A stretch of 23,995 nucleotides of DNA from contig JALTLO010000039.1 in the NCBI GenBank assembly GCA_027001995.1, positions 1 through 23,995 on the forward strand, written 5' to 3'. The notes under the pieces were generated by a model, which saw nothing but the letters and a program-made list of their open reading frames with translations, was not told the origin of the DNA and searched no databases. Of this stretch, positions 1 through 8,505 are shown piece by piece. The position numbers were made by a program, and so were the translations under genes. This stretch comes from Planctomycetota bacterium (GTDB lineage Bacteria; Planctomycetota; GCA-002687715; DRQF01). Every line of letters starts with the position of its first letter. Positions within the stretch are counted from its first letter, which is position 1.

Positions 1-955
1 GGCTGCAGAGGGTTGTCAAATTCCCGAGATCATGAGTCCCACCGTTTTCGCGAAAGATGATGTGGTGAACATGCAGATTGCGACTGCCTTGGCAGTGAAC
101 ACAGCGGTGCCCATCCCGTGCTAGGACGCGACGCCTTGTGGAGGGTGGTGTTGGTGAGGCGTTCTTGGCTCCCAACACTTCTCCATCACAACGAACGATC
201 TCACTTTCCTCTTGAGTCAAGGCGATGGGGCCGTCATCCGTTGCCAAGTGAGATTGGCTGCAATTCACGCAATGGTTAACGGTCACTTGAAAAAGAGAAG
301 ATCCGGCAGTCTTTTCTTCCTGCCCCTCATGCTCTCCTTGTCGCAAGAAATACTCGGCCAAGAATTGCAAGAATTCACCATCATCCAAATCACCACCAGC
401 TTCTTCATGAAGTTTCTTACGGGCTTGCTCCAAGAATTCATGACTCAAAGGGGAAAGCTTGGCAGAAAACTTGAACTTAACGGTGGGCACACCTTTGCCA
501 TCTTCTCTCGGTGGTCGTCCTGCTTCTGAGCCCCGCACCTCCAATTCTAAACGTTCACAAGAAACTGTTGCTGCTCTCTCTAACCAGGCCTTCTCATTTT
601 CTGGAGTGGCGATTTTCGTGAGCAAACGCACTTTCGACCAAGAGATATTGCTTTGGCAAAAGGCTTCATCAATAAGAGGGAGTTCTTGCAAGGCTGCCCC
701 CACAGTAATCAAAGTGCGGGCTAATCTTCTGCTCATCTCCAATCGCTGCCGAGCAAATTGAACAGCACTGACAAAACCAAGGGCTTGATGAAGACCACGT
801 CTTTGCATGTCATGAAGATAGAAAGCCAAAGCCCGACGGGCTACATCACTGCTCCGATTGTGAAGCAAAAGAGTCCCTTCCAACTCCTGGGCGTCAAGGC
901 CAAAACGTAGGTGAACGGCTGGGATTTCGTCTTGAGATTTGGGGGCAATACTCAT
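1..955 (-). CDS. HNH endonuclease with DUF222-like N-terminal helical region (partial; runs off the left edge)
   Basis: Manual translation from ATG at 955 is open to the window edge: MSIAPKSQDEIPAVHLRFGLD...LQELPLIDEAFCQSNISWSKVRLLTKIATPENEKAWLERA...HCVNC...TPPSTRRRVLARDGHRCVHCQGSRNLHVHHIIFRENGGTHDLGNLTTLCS. RDxxxCxxC...HHI...GG...NLxxLC is the classic HNH signature. Not in the ORF track because there is no stop in the window. Confidence 0.88.
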   Translation of the reverse strand, partial: MSIAPKSQDEIPAVHLRFGLDAQELEGTLLLHNRSSDVARRALAFYLHDMQRRGLHQALGFVSAVQFARQRLEMSRRLARTLITVGAALQELPLIDEAFCQSNISWSKVRLLTKIATPENEKAWLERAATVSCERLELEVRGSEAGRPPREDGKGVPTVKFKFSAKLSPLSHEFLEQARKKLHEEAGGDLDDGEFLQFLAEYFLRQGEHEGQEEKTAGSSLFQVTVNHCVNCSQSHLATDDGPIALTQEESEIVRCDGEVLGAKNASPTPPSTRRRVLARDGHRCVHCQGSRNLHVHHIIFRENGGTHDLGNLTTLCS

Positions 956-992
956 GTGATTCTTCCGGTTAAAGTTCTAAACCTGAATCAGC

Positions 993-1021
993 ATTATAGT
1001 CTTTGTGGGGGTCAGAATCAG
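993..1021 (-). promoter_or_regulatory. Putative sigma70 promoter of the HNH gene
   Basis: Perfect TATAAT on the minus strand (993-998), weak -35 CTGATT at 17 bp spacing (1016-1021), and GGAAG just upstream of the ATG at 955. Confidence 0.4.
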
Positions 1022-1652
1022 GCAGACAAAACTCTTTAGAAACGGAGTCGTGATCTGCAAAAGTGCCACGGGCATCGAGATATCCGGGGCTCGGAAACAT
1101 CCGTTCAAGGTCGCGACCTCAAAGAAGGTGACGCTGAAGATCTAAGACCTGATGGCCGCTTGCAAGAGTCTGACTTCGAGTTTAGGACACCACATCTGCA
1201 CACCATTACAGAGTTCGACATCTGCCTATCTGCTCACGCAGCAAGACCGCGGATCATTTCCGCTTACAATCAGGTAAAATCTTGATTCGTTCCCGTTCCC
1301 ATCGACCTCAGTAGGGGGCTTCCAATCTCTCGCCAGATAGCGAGTAATCTTGCTAATTCGCACCGCTGATGCCTAACCCACGACTCTAAAGAAATCACAG
1401 CAAAGTGGGCCCATTCCCGCCAGACCTTTCCACCACCCAACACCGGGGAAACCAAAATACAATCCACCGTCATAGCGGTAAATTACGTGCCCAATCTCAA
1501 GCTGGCTCACGCCAACCCGCAATGATGCATCACGTCAAAAAAAAATGAAACTTTCACAATATCGTGATAGCGTGCGCGTAGTGCGGATTGCGTTCCACGT
1601 CCGATGATCGTGGCTATGGTCATACTGACACCGCATTGATCAACGATAAAGA

Positions 1653-3671
1653 TTGTCGAACTTGAATGTGAGAGTCCCTGTGAAAGACCGATTACCCGCA
1701 ATTGCGCTACTGTTGGCAGTCGTTTCTGCCTGTTGGTGGGGCCTTGGTGATGCCGTCGGAAGATACATCGGCCCCCAAGATCGCCCAGACCTTGAGACGT
1801 CCGATCAGGATACCGTGTCTATATCCCGCAAAACGAAGATTGAGGTGCCTGAGTCCCTCCTCCCAGATTCTAAACATGGAGCAACAGGAGAGATCCTGGG
1901 GGGGCGGGCGCTGGAGCTTCAGAAGGAATACCGGATTGGCATGTCTGGTGTCGCGAGTCGGATTGGACCAGCCTACTGGCGTTTTCTGGCACATCTCCTG
2001 CCGCCGTCCCTTGATGAAAGAGAACACGATGGCCGTATCAGCCATCTTCTCTACCTATCCAAGTTGGATGCATTTCACGAAGTTGCCTATGCAGTCGATT
2101 GGTGCAACAACTTGACCTCACTTCGACAGGATCTTTTCGTCGGTGGATTCGGCCGCACCCTGCTAGACCAAATTCAGTCGGGCCGGCTGCCAGAGTTCGT
2201 CGACAAGATGGACGGGCTGTCAAGGCGTGATGTAATGCTTGCAAAGAAGCATTGTCTTGCCCTCCCCTACCTGGTTGCCTGCAAGAGCGATGTCCTTCGC
2301 AAAGTGATTCGCCGGGACAGAGATGATGCTGTTCGATTGCTTTGCATGATCGATCCGAGGCGCAATGCTGAAGGGCTGAAGTCATGGGCTTCCGTCATAG
2401 ACCATTGGGGCAGCCGAAAACTCCTGGACATTGAGAAACGTTTTGGCCGACATGTCCTAATTCTCGCTGCGGAAGGGAGCCCAACAGAGGATAGCTTAAG
2501 CAGGTTCTTCATGAGACTGGGCGAAAAGGCTCGGGGACGATTCGATCGTGCCTATGTCATGACAATGCGGTACGAATCCCGTATCCGGCATGCGGCAAGG
2601 AAAGGGAAGTTTGCTGTTGCCGTTGACACAGCGAAAGATCTGATTCTCTCCTTAGATGAAGAGCGGTTCTCCGAATTCACAATGTTTAACAACTTGCTGG
2701 ACTTAGCCTGCGAAGGCCGCCCAAGCAACCGATGGGGAATGTCCCTCATGCGATCCGCCGGCCCGGCAGTAGGTGAGGTTATCTACCATTTCTATCCGTC
2801 CAGCAGACAAAAGTACATTGATCGTACGCCGGGTTGGCAAGAGAACAACGATGACGCCAATGTACGAAAGGGACTGATCGATCTCCTTTCCTACAAGGCT
2901 GGCGAATATCTCGGGCTGCTCCTGCAGGTCAACGACGAAGGCAAGCAAACTGAGTTGAGGTCAGTGATGACGAAGCTGGGCCAATTCTCGGATGATGATC
3001 GACGAGAAATTCTGCTGTCGCTGGCCGCCAAAGGCTTGCTTTCTCCGAGCGCCCTCCCGGAAACGGCCAAAAACAAGGCAAAGCAGCTAGCAGAGAAGGT
3101 CAAGACCATATCGCCCGAAGAAGAAGTGCTCGATTTGCTACCCCTCTACTCCAGCACCATAACATTTTGGAATTATGCCCAAGGATATCATATTTCCAAT
3201 TTGGAACTTGGTTTAGCGGTTCTTGATGCGGCTATGAGTGTCGTCGAAGTAGGCCCAGCGATAAGCAAAGGAGCGCTGAAGCTGGCCGCCAAGGGAACTA
3301 AGTCTGCGGTGAGAGCCGCTGGACATAAGACAACTAGAACAACGATAGCGAAAACGCTTACTAAGGCTGGGAAAGCTACGGTCAAGAAAGTTGGCAAGAA
3401 AACTCGGATTTTGATCGATGCCGCAGGTCTTGCAAGCCGAGGAAGCTCTGATGATGCCGTGACCTTGATGACAAAATTGGTCCAAAGGACCAGCAAGAGG
3501 ATGGGCATCAAAACAACAGGCGTGTTGGACCCTCGAATCCTCATGAGGGGGGATCGTCGCGTCAAGCTTGTATTCGATCTAACTTGTTTCAAGGAATTTG
3601 TGAAAAGAGAGGTTTTGGAAAACGCGATGTGGGAGTCGGCCTTTTTTCTCTTCGACCGAGCCCTTAACTAA
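1653..3671 (+). CDS. Hypothetical N-terminally membrane-anchored protein with K/A/T/G-rich amphipathic C-terminus (gene 1 of GTPase operon)
   Basis: 672 aa ORF with N-terminal hydrophobic segment LPAIALLLAVVSACWWGLG. True start may be GTG 1668 or 1680 (GAGAG upstream of 1680). 15 bp gap to the next gene. Confidence 0.8.
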   Translation: MSNLNVRVPVKDRLPAIALLLAVVSACWWGLGDAVGRYIGPQDRPDLETSDQDTVSISRKTKIEVPESLLPDSKHGATGEILGGRALELQKEYRIGMSGVASRIGPAYWRFLAHLLPPSLDEREHDGRISHLLYLSKLDAFHEVAYAVDWCNNLTSLRQDLFVGGFGRTLLDQIQSGRLPEFVDKMDGLSRRDVMLAKKHCLALPYLVACKSDVLRKVIRRDRDDAVRLLCMIDPRRNAEGLKSWASVIDHWGSRKLLDIEKRFGRHVLILAAEGSPTEDSLSRFFMRLGEKARGRFDRAYVMTMRYESRIRHAARKGKFAVAVDTAKDLILSLDEERFSEFTMFNNLLDLACEGRPSNRWGMSLMRSAGPAVGEVIYHFYPSSRQKYIDRTPGWQENNDDANVRKGLIDLLSYKAGEYLGLLLQVNDEGKQTELRSVMTKLGQFSDDDRREILLSLAAKGLLSPSALPETAKNKAKQLAEKVKTISPEEEVLDLLPLYSSTITFWNYAQGYHISNLELGLAVLDAAMSVVEVGPAISKGALKLAAKGTKSAVRAAGHKTTRTTIAKTLTKAGKATVKKVGKKTRILIDAAGLASRGSSDDAVTLMTKLVQRTSKRMGIKTTGVLDPRILMRGDRRVKLVFDLTCFKEFVKREVLENAMWESAFFLFDRALN

Positions 3672-3686
3672 TAGAAAGGCGGAAAT

Positions 3687-4601
3687 ATGATGAAAAAATG
3701 GGTACTCTTAATGGCCTGCCTACTGCCGATCTCAGCAGAATGCGATCTCGCCCACGGCCAGAGTCTCCGGCGTCTGCTTGGAAAGTTTGCCCGCAGGACA
3801 GCTTCAAATGGCGACGACCTGTTGAAAAATCTGGGGAAGAATGCTGACGCCAAGATCTTCACGCGGTCGACCGATGATCTCGTCAGGCGCATGGATACCG
3901 AGCTAGACATCCTCAAGCGATTCGATGTGCGAGCAAAAAAACTTGGCCTCGACAATGATCTCATTCGCTCCGTGCGCAAGCTTCCCAAGAAGGACCAGGC
4001 GAGATTTCTGCACCTCGCAGGTGAGATAAAGCCTATCCTCGAGACGCCAGGTCGAGGGTTGCGCGTTGTTTCCTTGCTGGATGTAGACGGTCTCTATCTC
4101 GCAAAGGTCTACGGCGATGAAGTCGTGGAGGCCACTGCTCGTCTCGGGGATCGGCGATTCCTGAAGGTTGTACGACGGACCGGCGAGCACGGCGTTGAGT
4201 TCTTTCGCAAGTGGATTAAGCCACACTGGAAGAAGTGGGCTGGTACCGCTGCTTTGACCGCCTTCCTTGCTGAACCTGATGCCTTCATTGACGCGGCCGG
4301 CAACCTTACCGAGCACGCCTCGGAGCAATTCACAAGACTCGGTATCAAAGTTGCTTCAGCTCCTTTTACAGGCGTGGCGACTGGAATAATCGAGTCTTTT
4401 AAAGAGTCGCCTTGGCGCCTCTTTGTCGGGGGCATTTCACTCCTGGCGATTCTACTATATATCCTGAAGAGGATTGGAAAGCTGCCCACGCAACTCATTG
4501 GCTGGCTGCGGTCAGGGCGGAAGAATACACCAACCACAAAAGTTGTTGTTAAGAATGAAAGGATGGAGGAGCTTCTTCCTCCCGGTGTGGATGATGAGTA
4601 G
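3687..4601 (+). CDS. Hypothetical exported/membrane protein (gene 2 of GTPase operon)
   Basis: 304 aa with RBS-like GAAAGG, signal-peptide-like MMKKWVLLMACLLPISA...AHG-Q, hydrophobic WAGTAALTAFLA and C-terminal TM LFVGGISLLAILLYIL followed by KR. The stop overlaps the start of the GTPase gene. Confidence 0.82.
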   Translation: MMKKWVLLMACLLPISAECDLAHGQSLRRLLGKFARRTASNGDDLLKNLGKNADAKIFTRSTDDLVRRMDTELDILKRFDVRAKKLGLDNDLIRSVRKLPKKDQARFLHLAGEIKPILETPGRGLRVVSLLDVDGLYLAKVYGDEVVEATARLGDRRFLKVVRRTGEHGVEFFRKWIKPHWKKWAGTAALTAFLAEPDAFIDAAGNLTEHASEQFTRLGIKVASAPFTGVATGIIESFKESPWRLFVGGISLLAILLYILKRIGKLPTQLIGWLRSGRKNTPTTKVVVKNERMEELLPPGVDDE

Positions 4602-7227
4602 TCAAGAATTGACTCGTAGAATCGGATTGTGGGGGTTGCCGTCAAGCGGCAAAACTGTCTGGCTGACCTCTCTCGCCGTAAACGCCAAGGACGGTGCGCT
4701 GGATCAAGTATTCAACGTAACGGCTGTCGATAGTGAAGTCCAAGAAATAGTTGAATCATGGCGACACCGACTGCTTGATGAACAATTGTGGCCTCTCGCC
4801 ACAGACACAACGGCCCATGAGGGGTTGCCGCCACTTCGTTTTGAGTACAGTGATGGAAACCTGCGCCGACAGCTTGTCTTCAACGACTTCGCTGGCGAAT
4901 GGTTCCATGGCTTGAGGATCGTCAAGAAACAAGCACTTGGCGAAAACGAACGCCAGAGCATCATCGAGTTCATCCAAGGGTGCGACTGTATCCTCGTCAT
5001 GGTCCCCTTTGCTGAAGAGAGTGCCGGCCGGGCAAATACCATCTCTTCACTGGACATTCTTCTGGCGGCGTTGAAGAGCATTTCCCGCAAGGATTCACGG
5101 CTGAAGATCCCCATCGCCCTGTGCGTGACCTGCTGGGACAGATCAGCCGAATCCTTCGGAACACTGGAGCAGGAATCAGCCCGAGCTCTTGAATACATGA
5201 ATTCCCAATTCAGTGAGGTCCTTCATGGCTTGAAGGCCGATTGTGACGATGATTGCGTCAGTATTTTCCCCATTTCGTCCACAGGGCACGGCGAAGTTCT
5301 CCCGGACGAGAAGGAGCCCCACGCACGCCCTCCGGAGCGTTTCCAAGCTTTCAACGTTATTGGACCACTCTCATGGGCTCTTCCGCAGTCCGAACAAGTT
5401 CGATTTGAAGCGATCAAGGCCAACTATGATCGCCATCGCAAAGACTTGCTGAAGAAGCGCTCCAAGAAAGACAAGCAAGGACGACACGAGACCCATGGCG
5501 AGCATATCGTTCGACAGTTGCAACAACAGGTCATCAATCGCCTTCCACTGGATGACAAACTCAGGGCTCAGGCCGAACAGATCAAGAAAACAATCGAAGA
5601 CCAGCAGGCAGCGGCCCGTCGTCGACTTACTGTCGCCTCCTTCATGGTCGTTGCCTTGCTTCTTGTCGTGTATGGCGTCGTGGACTATCGCGCCAAGGTC
5701 CGGGAGGCGAACAAACTTGTCTCAAAAGAACTTGAACAAGCAGAGGTAACACTGAACAGCGAACAGGACCCGGCTGCCATGACGCAGAAAATCCAAGCTT
5801 TGAAGCGTACCCTGAGTGACGCTAAAGATTGGGTAACACAAGAGACTCGCGACAAGGTCCTTGCCATGGAGGGCAAATTGACAAAGCGTCGGGACACATT
5901 GGTCAACCAAATTCATGGGCGACGATTTGCTGCCTTGGAGGAGGAGATAGCTTTGATTCCCCGCAACGGAATCAGCAATCTAGGAAATCGCATAGAGCTA
6001 TTCGAAGGCTATCTGAAGGATGACGACAAATCAACTAACGCTCAGAAGCTGAAAGGATGGCTAACTGAGGACCGCAGCAGGCTGAATCAACTCACGATGA
6101 GAAAGAGTGAAGCTCGTGCTTTTGAAGAGTGGAGAAAGCGAGAAAAGAGCTCTCGCGGTTCAAGAATGGAAGACCTTGAGCGCCGCATTGAGATGCATCA
6201 AGATTACTTGACGAGAATTCAGCAGGATGACATGAGAGCCGCGATCCAAGAAGCACTTAATTCTGACTACGCCCTGCAGGAAGAGACCCGGAAAGACGAA
6301 CGCTTTCAGGTTGCGGTCAATGATCTAATTAGACAGATCGACGAAACCAGCGAACTGGGTGCCGTTGCACTCTACGACGCTTTTCTCGAAGAGTGGGGTG
6401 GAACTGGGCATGATAAAACCCGAGCCATCCGCGAGCGACGTATGAGCACCTTGCGTGAGGCTGATGAAAACGAGTGGGGTTATGTCCAAAGTAAGTTGAG
6501 AGAACATAACAACATGGAAGCTTTGAAGGCCGTGAGAGGATACTTGGCCGAGGCTCGTTTTCGCCGACACGTAGTCGAGGCCGAAAACTTGATTGAGAGA
6601 ATCCCTCAGAAGATGGATCAGGAATTGTATGAGGAATTCAAAGAGGCTTCCACGAGCTCAGATGGTGTAGCAGGTTCACTTAGCCGGTGTATGGAGTTAG
6701 CAAGAGCCTACCAAGATGGCTTGCATCTACCCAATGAAGACAAGCCCATGATGACTGAAGTTCAACGGTGGATGGTTTGGCATGGTGCACTGACGGATCC
6801 AAAACGAAAACATGTCATCAAGTTCTTCGGATGCAAAATCAAAATCACAGACAATGGTAATCTGGACATTTGGGAGGACCCTGATATCAGGGTCCTTTTG
6901 TGGGGAGAGGGATTCGACAATAAAAAGGCTAAGACCATCGAACGAGAAGTTGAGGAGATTGGCAAATTCGAAAAGCTACCGATACCCGATGAGGCTGAAT
7001 ACGAGAACTTTCACTGGAGTTGGGGCAAGAAGTTGATGATCGAGGTTATAGAGTCAGATGGCGCTCAGAAACTCAAGATCGAGGTCGAGGCTGCAAAACT
7101 TCCATTTGGTGGCAAGAATGGAACGTGGATCACCGTAAGTGATGACAACAAGGGATGTTCGATCAAGCTCAAGTTCGAGGGTGATGTTTTCTTTGAGCAA
7201 CTCCCAAACTACAAGAAGAAGCAATAA
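4591..7227 (+). CDS. TRAFAC-class GTPase domain protein with single TM helix, long coiled-coil and C-terminal beta domain (gene 3)
   Basis: G1 GLPSSGKT (4633-4656), G2-like PLATDTT, G3 DFAGE (4885-4899), G4-like TCWD (5128-5139), G5-like FPISSTG. TM LTVASFMVVALLLVVYGVVDY (about 5626-5688) follows RRR, then an E/K/R-rich helical region. Start moved from 4474 to ATGATG at 4591, which overlaps the upstream stop and lies just before the P-loop strand. Confidence 0.85.
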   Translation: MMSSQELTRRIGLWGLPSSGKTVWLTSLAVNAKDGALDQVFNVTAVDSEVQEIVESWRHRLLDEQLWPLATDTTAHEGLPPLRFEYSDGNLRRQLVFNDFAGEWFHGLRIVKKQALGENERQSIIEFIQGCDCILVMVPFAEESAGRANTISSLDILLAALKSISRKDSRLKIPIALCVTCWDRSAESFGTLEQESARALEYMNSQFSEVLHGLKADCDDDCVSIFPISSTGHGEVLPDEKEPHARPPERFQAFNVIGPLSWALPQSEQVRFEAIKANYDRHRKDLLKKRSKKDKQGRHETHGEHIVRQLQQQVINRLPLDDKLRAQAEQIKKTIEDQQAAARRRLTVASFMVVALLLVVYGVVDYRAKVREANKLVSKELEQAEVTLNSEQDPAAMTQKIQALKRTLSDAKDWVTQETRDKVLAMEGKLTKRRDTLVNQIHGRRFAALEEEIALIPRNGISNLGNRIELFEGYLKDDDKSTNAQKLKGWLTEDRSRLNQLTMRKSEARAFEEWRKREKSSRGSRMEDLERRIEMHQDYLTRIQQDDMRAAIQEALNSDYALQEETRKDERFQVAVNDLIRQIDETSELGAVALYDAFLEEWGGTGHDKTRAIRERRMSTLREADENEWGYVQSKLREHNNMEALKAVRGYLAEARFRRHVVEAENLIERIPQKMDQELYEEFKEASTSSDGVAGSLSRCMELARAYQDGLHLPNEDKPMMTEVQRWMVWHGALTDPKRKHVIKFFGCKIKITDNGNLDIWEDPDIRVLLWGEGFDNKKAKTIEREVEEIGKFEKLPIPDEAEYENFHWSWGKKLMIEVIESDGAQKLKIEVEAAKLPFGGKNGTWITVSDDNKGCSIKLKFEGDVFFEQLPNYKKKQ

Positions 7228-7228
7228 C

Positions 7229-8461
7229 ATGGCTTGGTATTACTTTCACGGTCCCCTCACAGGCCGCGGCTTTGGCGATTTCTTTCATGGAATCCCCACC
7301 AACGAGATATTGAGAATCTTGGCGACCTACCGACGAAATCGCCGGGCTGACTCTTCTCTTGTGATAACCGAATGGGAGAGACCCGACGCCAGCTTCTCCG
7401 GTCGTCGAGCTCGATGCACCATGATCTATCCGCGGGTGCAAGAATCTGCGGCGGTTCCGCTGCCGCCGAACGGACCTGCTGATTTGGAGCGATTACGCTG
7501 GCACTCCATTTCTCTATCCGAGTTTGCTTCAGAGCCCCGTCTGGTGGCGGCGAAAGAACCTGCCATAGAGGCTCCTCTTACTAAGAACTCAACGACATCA
7601 AGACGTTCTTCCAAACTCCCAAGAATTCTTGTCTGCATGGGTCTCATCGTCCTAATTGTTGGCATCTACAGCATGGTCGAAAAGGCCTTCCTGTGGGTGG
7701 GGACTGAGGGCGACCCAAAGGGTCGCCCATCTCATTCCCGGCCTAACCAAGACGACCCCACCAGTCCTTCAACATCACTCGAAAAAGAGCACAGTCTGAC
7801 CGACGACGAGCGACATGCTCAGCAATTCCACTGGCTTGCAGAAAAACTCTCGGGAAAATCACTGCAACGCAATGATCTGAACGCTCAAGGATTGGCGATC
7901 CTGAACGTGATTCGCCGCAATCGAGCAGTAGAAAAACTCAACACAAGGGAAGACTACTTCGAGAGATATTTGAAGCCCAACACCATGTCATTCGGAAAAC
8001 GAGACATCTACTATGCCACTCTTCCAAAGAGCGATTACATTCCGCCCGTATGGAATACCACCGGTGGACTGCGCATCAAGAACTCCAAAACAGCCTTTGA
8101 CGGCCTTGTTCAGCTTCTCAATGAAATCCACAAGCGCCACAAGTCGCTGCAAACCGACGCTCGATTCCGTGAGCTAAGGTTTCCGTTTGAAGAAGTAAGG
8201 AAACCAGGACAGGAGAAGCCTATGCCGTTTCAACCTCTTGTCAGCATTGACGACTTAGATTCGATCGGAGTTCAAACCTTGGTCAGGGAATTATCTTGGT
8301 CCAAATTCAAGAACCGCAACGACAGAGCCTCATTCAAGCTGAAGGACGACGACGATGAGACCACCATGCAAAAGAAGGAAGCCAAGAGACACGAGGAGAT
8401 TGAAAAGGACAAAAGTGCTTTGGACGAATTCGCGAAACTGCCTTTATCCAATTGGCAATAA
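7229..8461 (+). CDS. Hypothetical single-pass membrane protein (gene 4 of GTPase operon)
   Basis: ATG at 7229, 1 bp after the GTPase TAA (the track start 7139 overlaps the GTPase). MAWYYFHGPLTGRGFGDFF..., central TM ILVCMGLIVLIVGIYSMV preceded by basic RRSSK. Confidence 0.8.
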   Translation: MAWYYFHGPLTGRGFGDFFHGIPTNEILRILATYRRNRRADSSLVITEWERPDASFSGRRARCTMIYPRVQESAAVPLPPNGPADLERLRWHSISLSEFASEPRLVAAKEPAIEAPLTKNSTTSRRSSKLPRILVCMGLIVLIVGIYSMVEKAFLWVGTEGDPKGRPSHSRPNQDDPTSPSTSLEKEHSLTDDERHAQQFHWLAEKLSGKSLQRNDLNAQGLAILNVIRRNRAVEKLNTREDYFERYLKPNTMSFGKRDIYYATLPKSDYIPPVWNTTGGLRIKNSKTAFDGLVQLLNEIHKRHKSLQTDARFRELRFPFEEVRKPGQEKPMPFQPLVSIDDLDSIGVQTLVRELSWSKFKNRNDRASFKLKDDDDETTMQKKEAKRHEEIEKDKSALDEFAKLPLSNWQ

Positions 8462-8467
8462 GATCAG

Positions 8468-8505
8468 TCCTTGGCCACAATAGCGCGCCCTATCCTGGCC
8501 AAGGA
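8468..8505 (+). terminator. Stem-loop immediately after the GTPase operon (possible terminator or stabiliser)
   Basis: TCCTTGGCCA (8468-8477) pairs perfectly with TGGCCAAGGA (8496-8505), with an inner ATAG/CTAT pair. It starts 7 bp after the stop and has no U-tract. Confidence 0.45.

Noticed and set aside
212..761. Plus-strand ORFs 212..529 and 459..761
   Set aside because: Antisense shadows of the minus-strand HNH gene, with no recognisable motifs.
1022..1650. Short ORFs (1270..1473, 1507..1701, an unlisted LFRNGVVICK...KVTLKI frame) and small palindromes (TGAAACTTTCA, TCACAATATCGTGA) in the long intergenic region
   Set aside because: No RBS or family motifs, and the palindromes are too short to distinguish from chance. 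No tRNA, att site or structured RNA could be supported.
4474..4590. Track's extended N-terminus of the GTPase
   Set aside because: It overlaps gene 2 by more than 100 bp; ATG 4591/4594 gives typical translational coupling.
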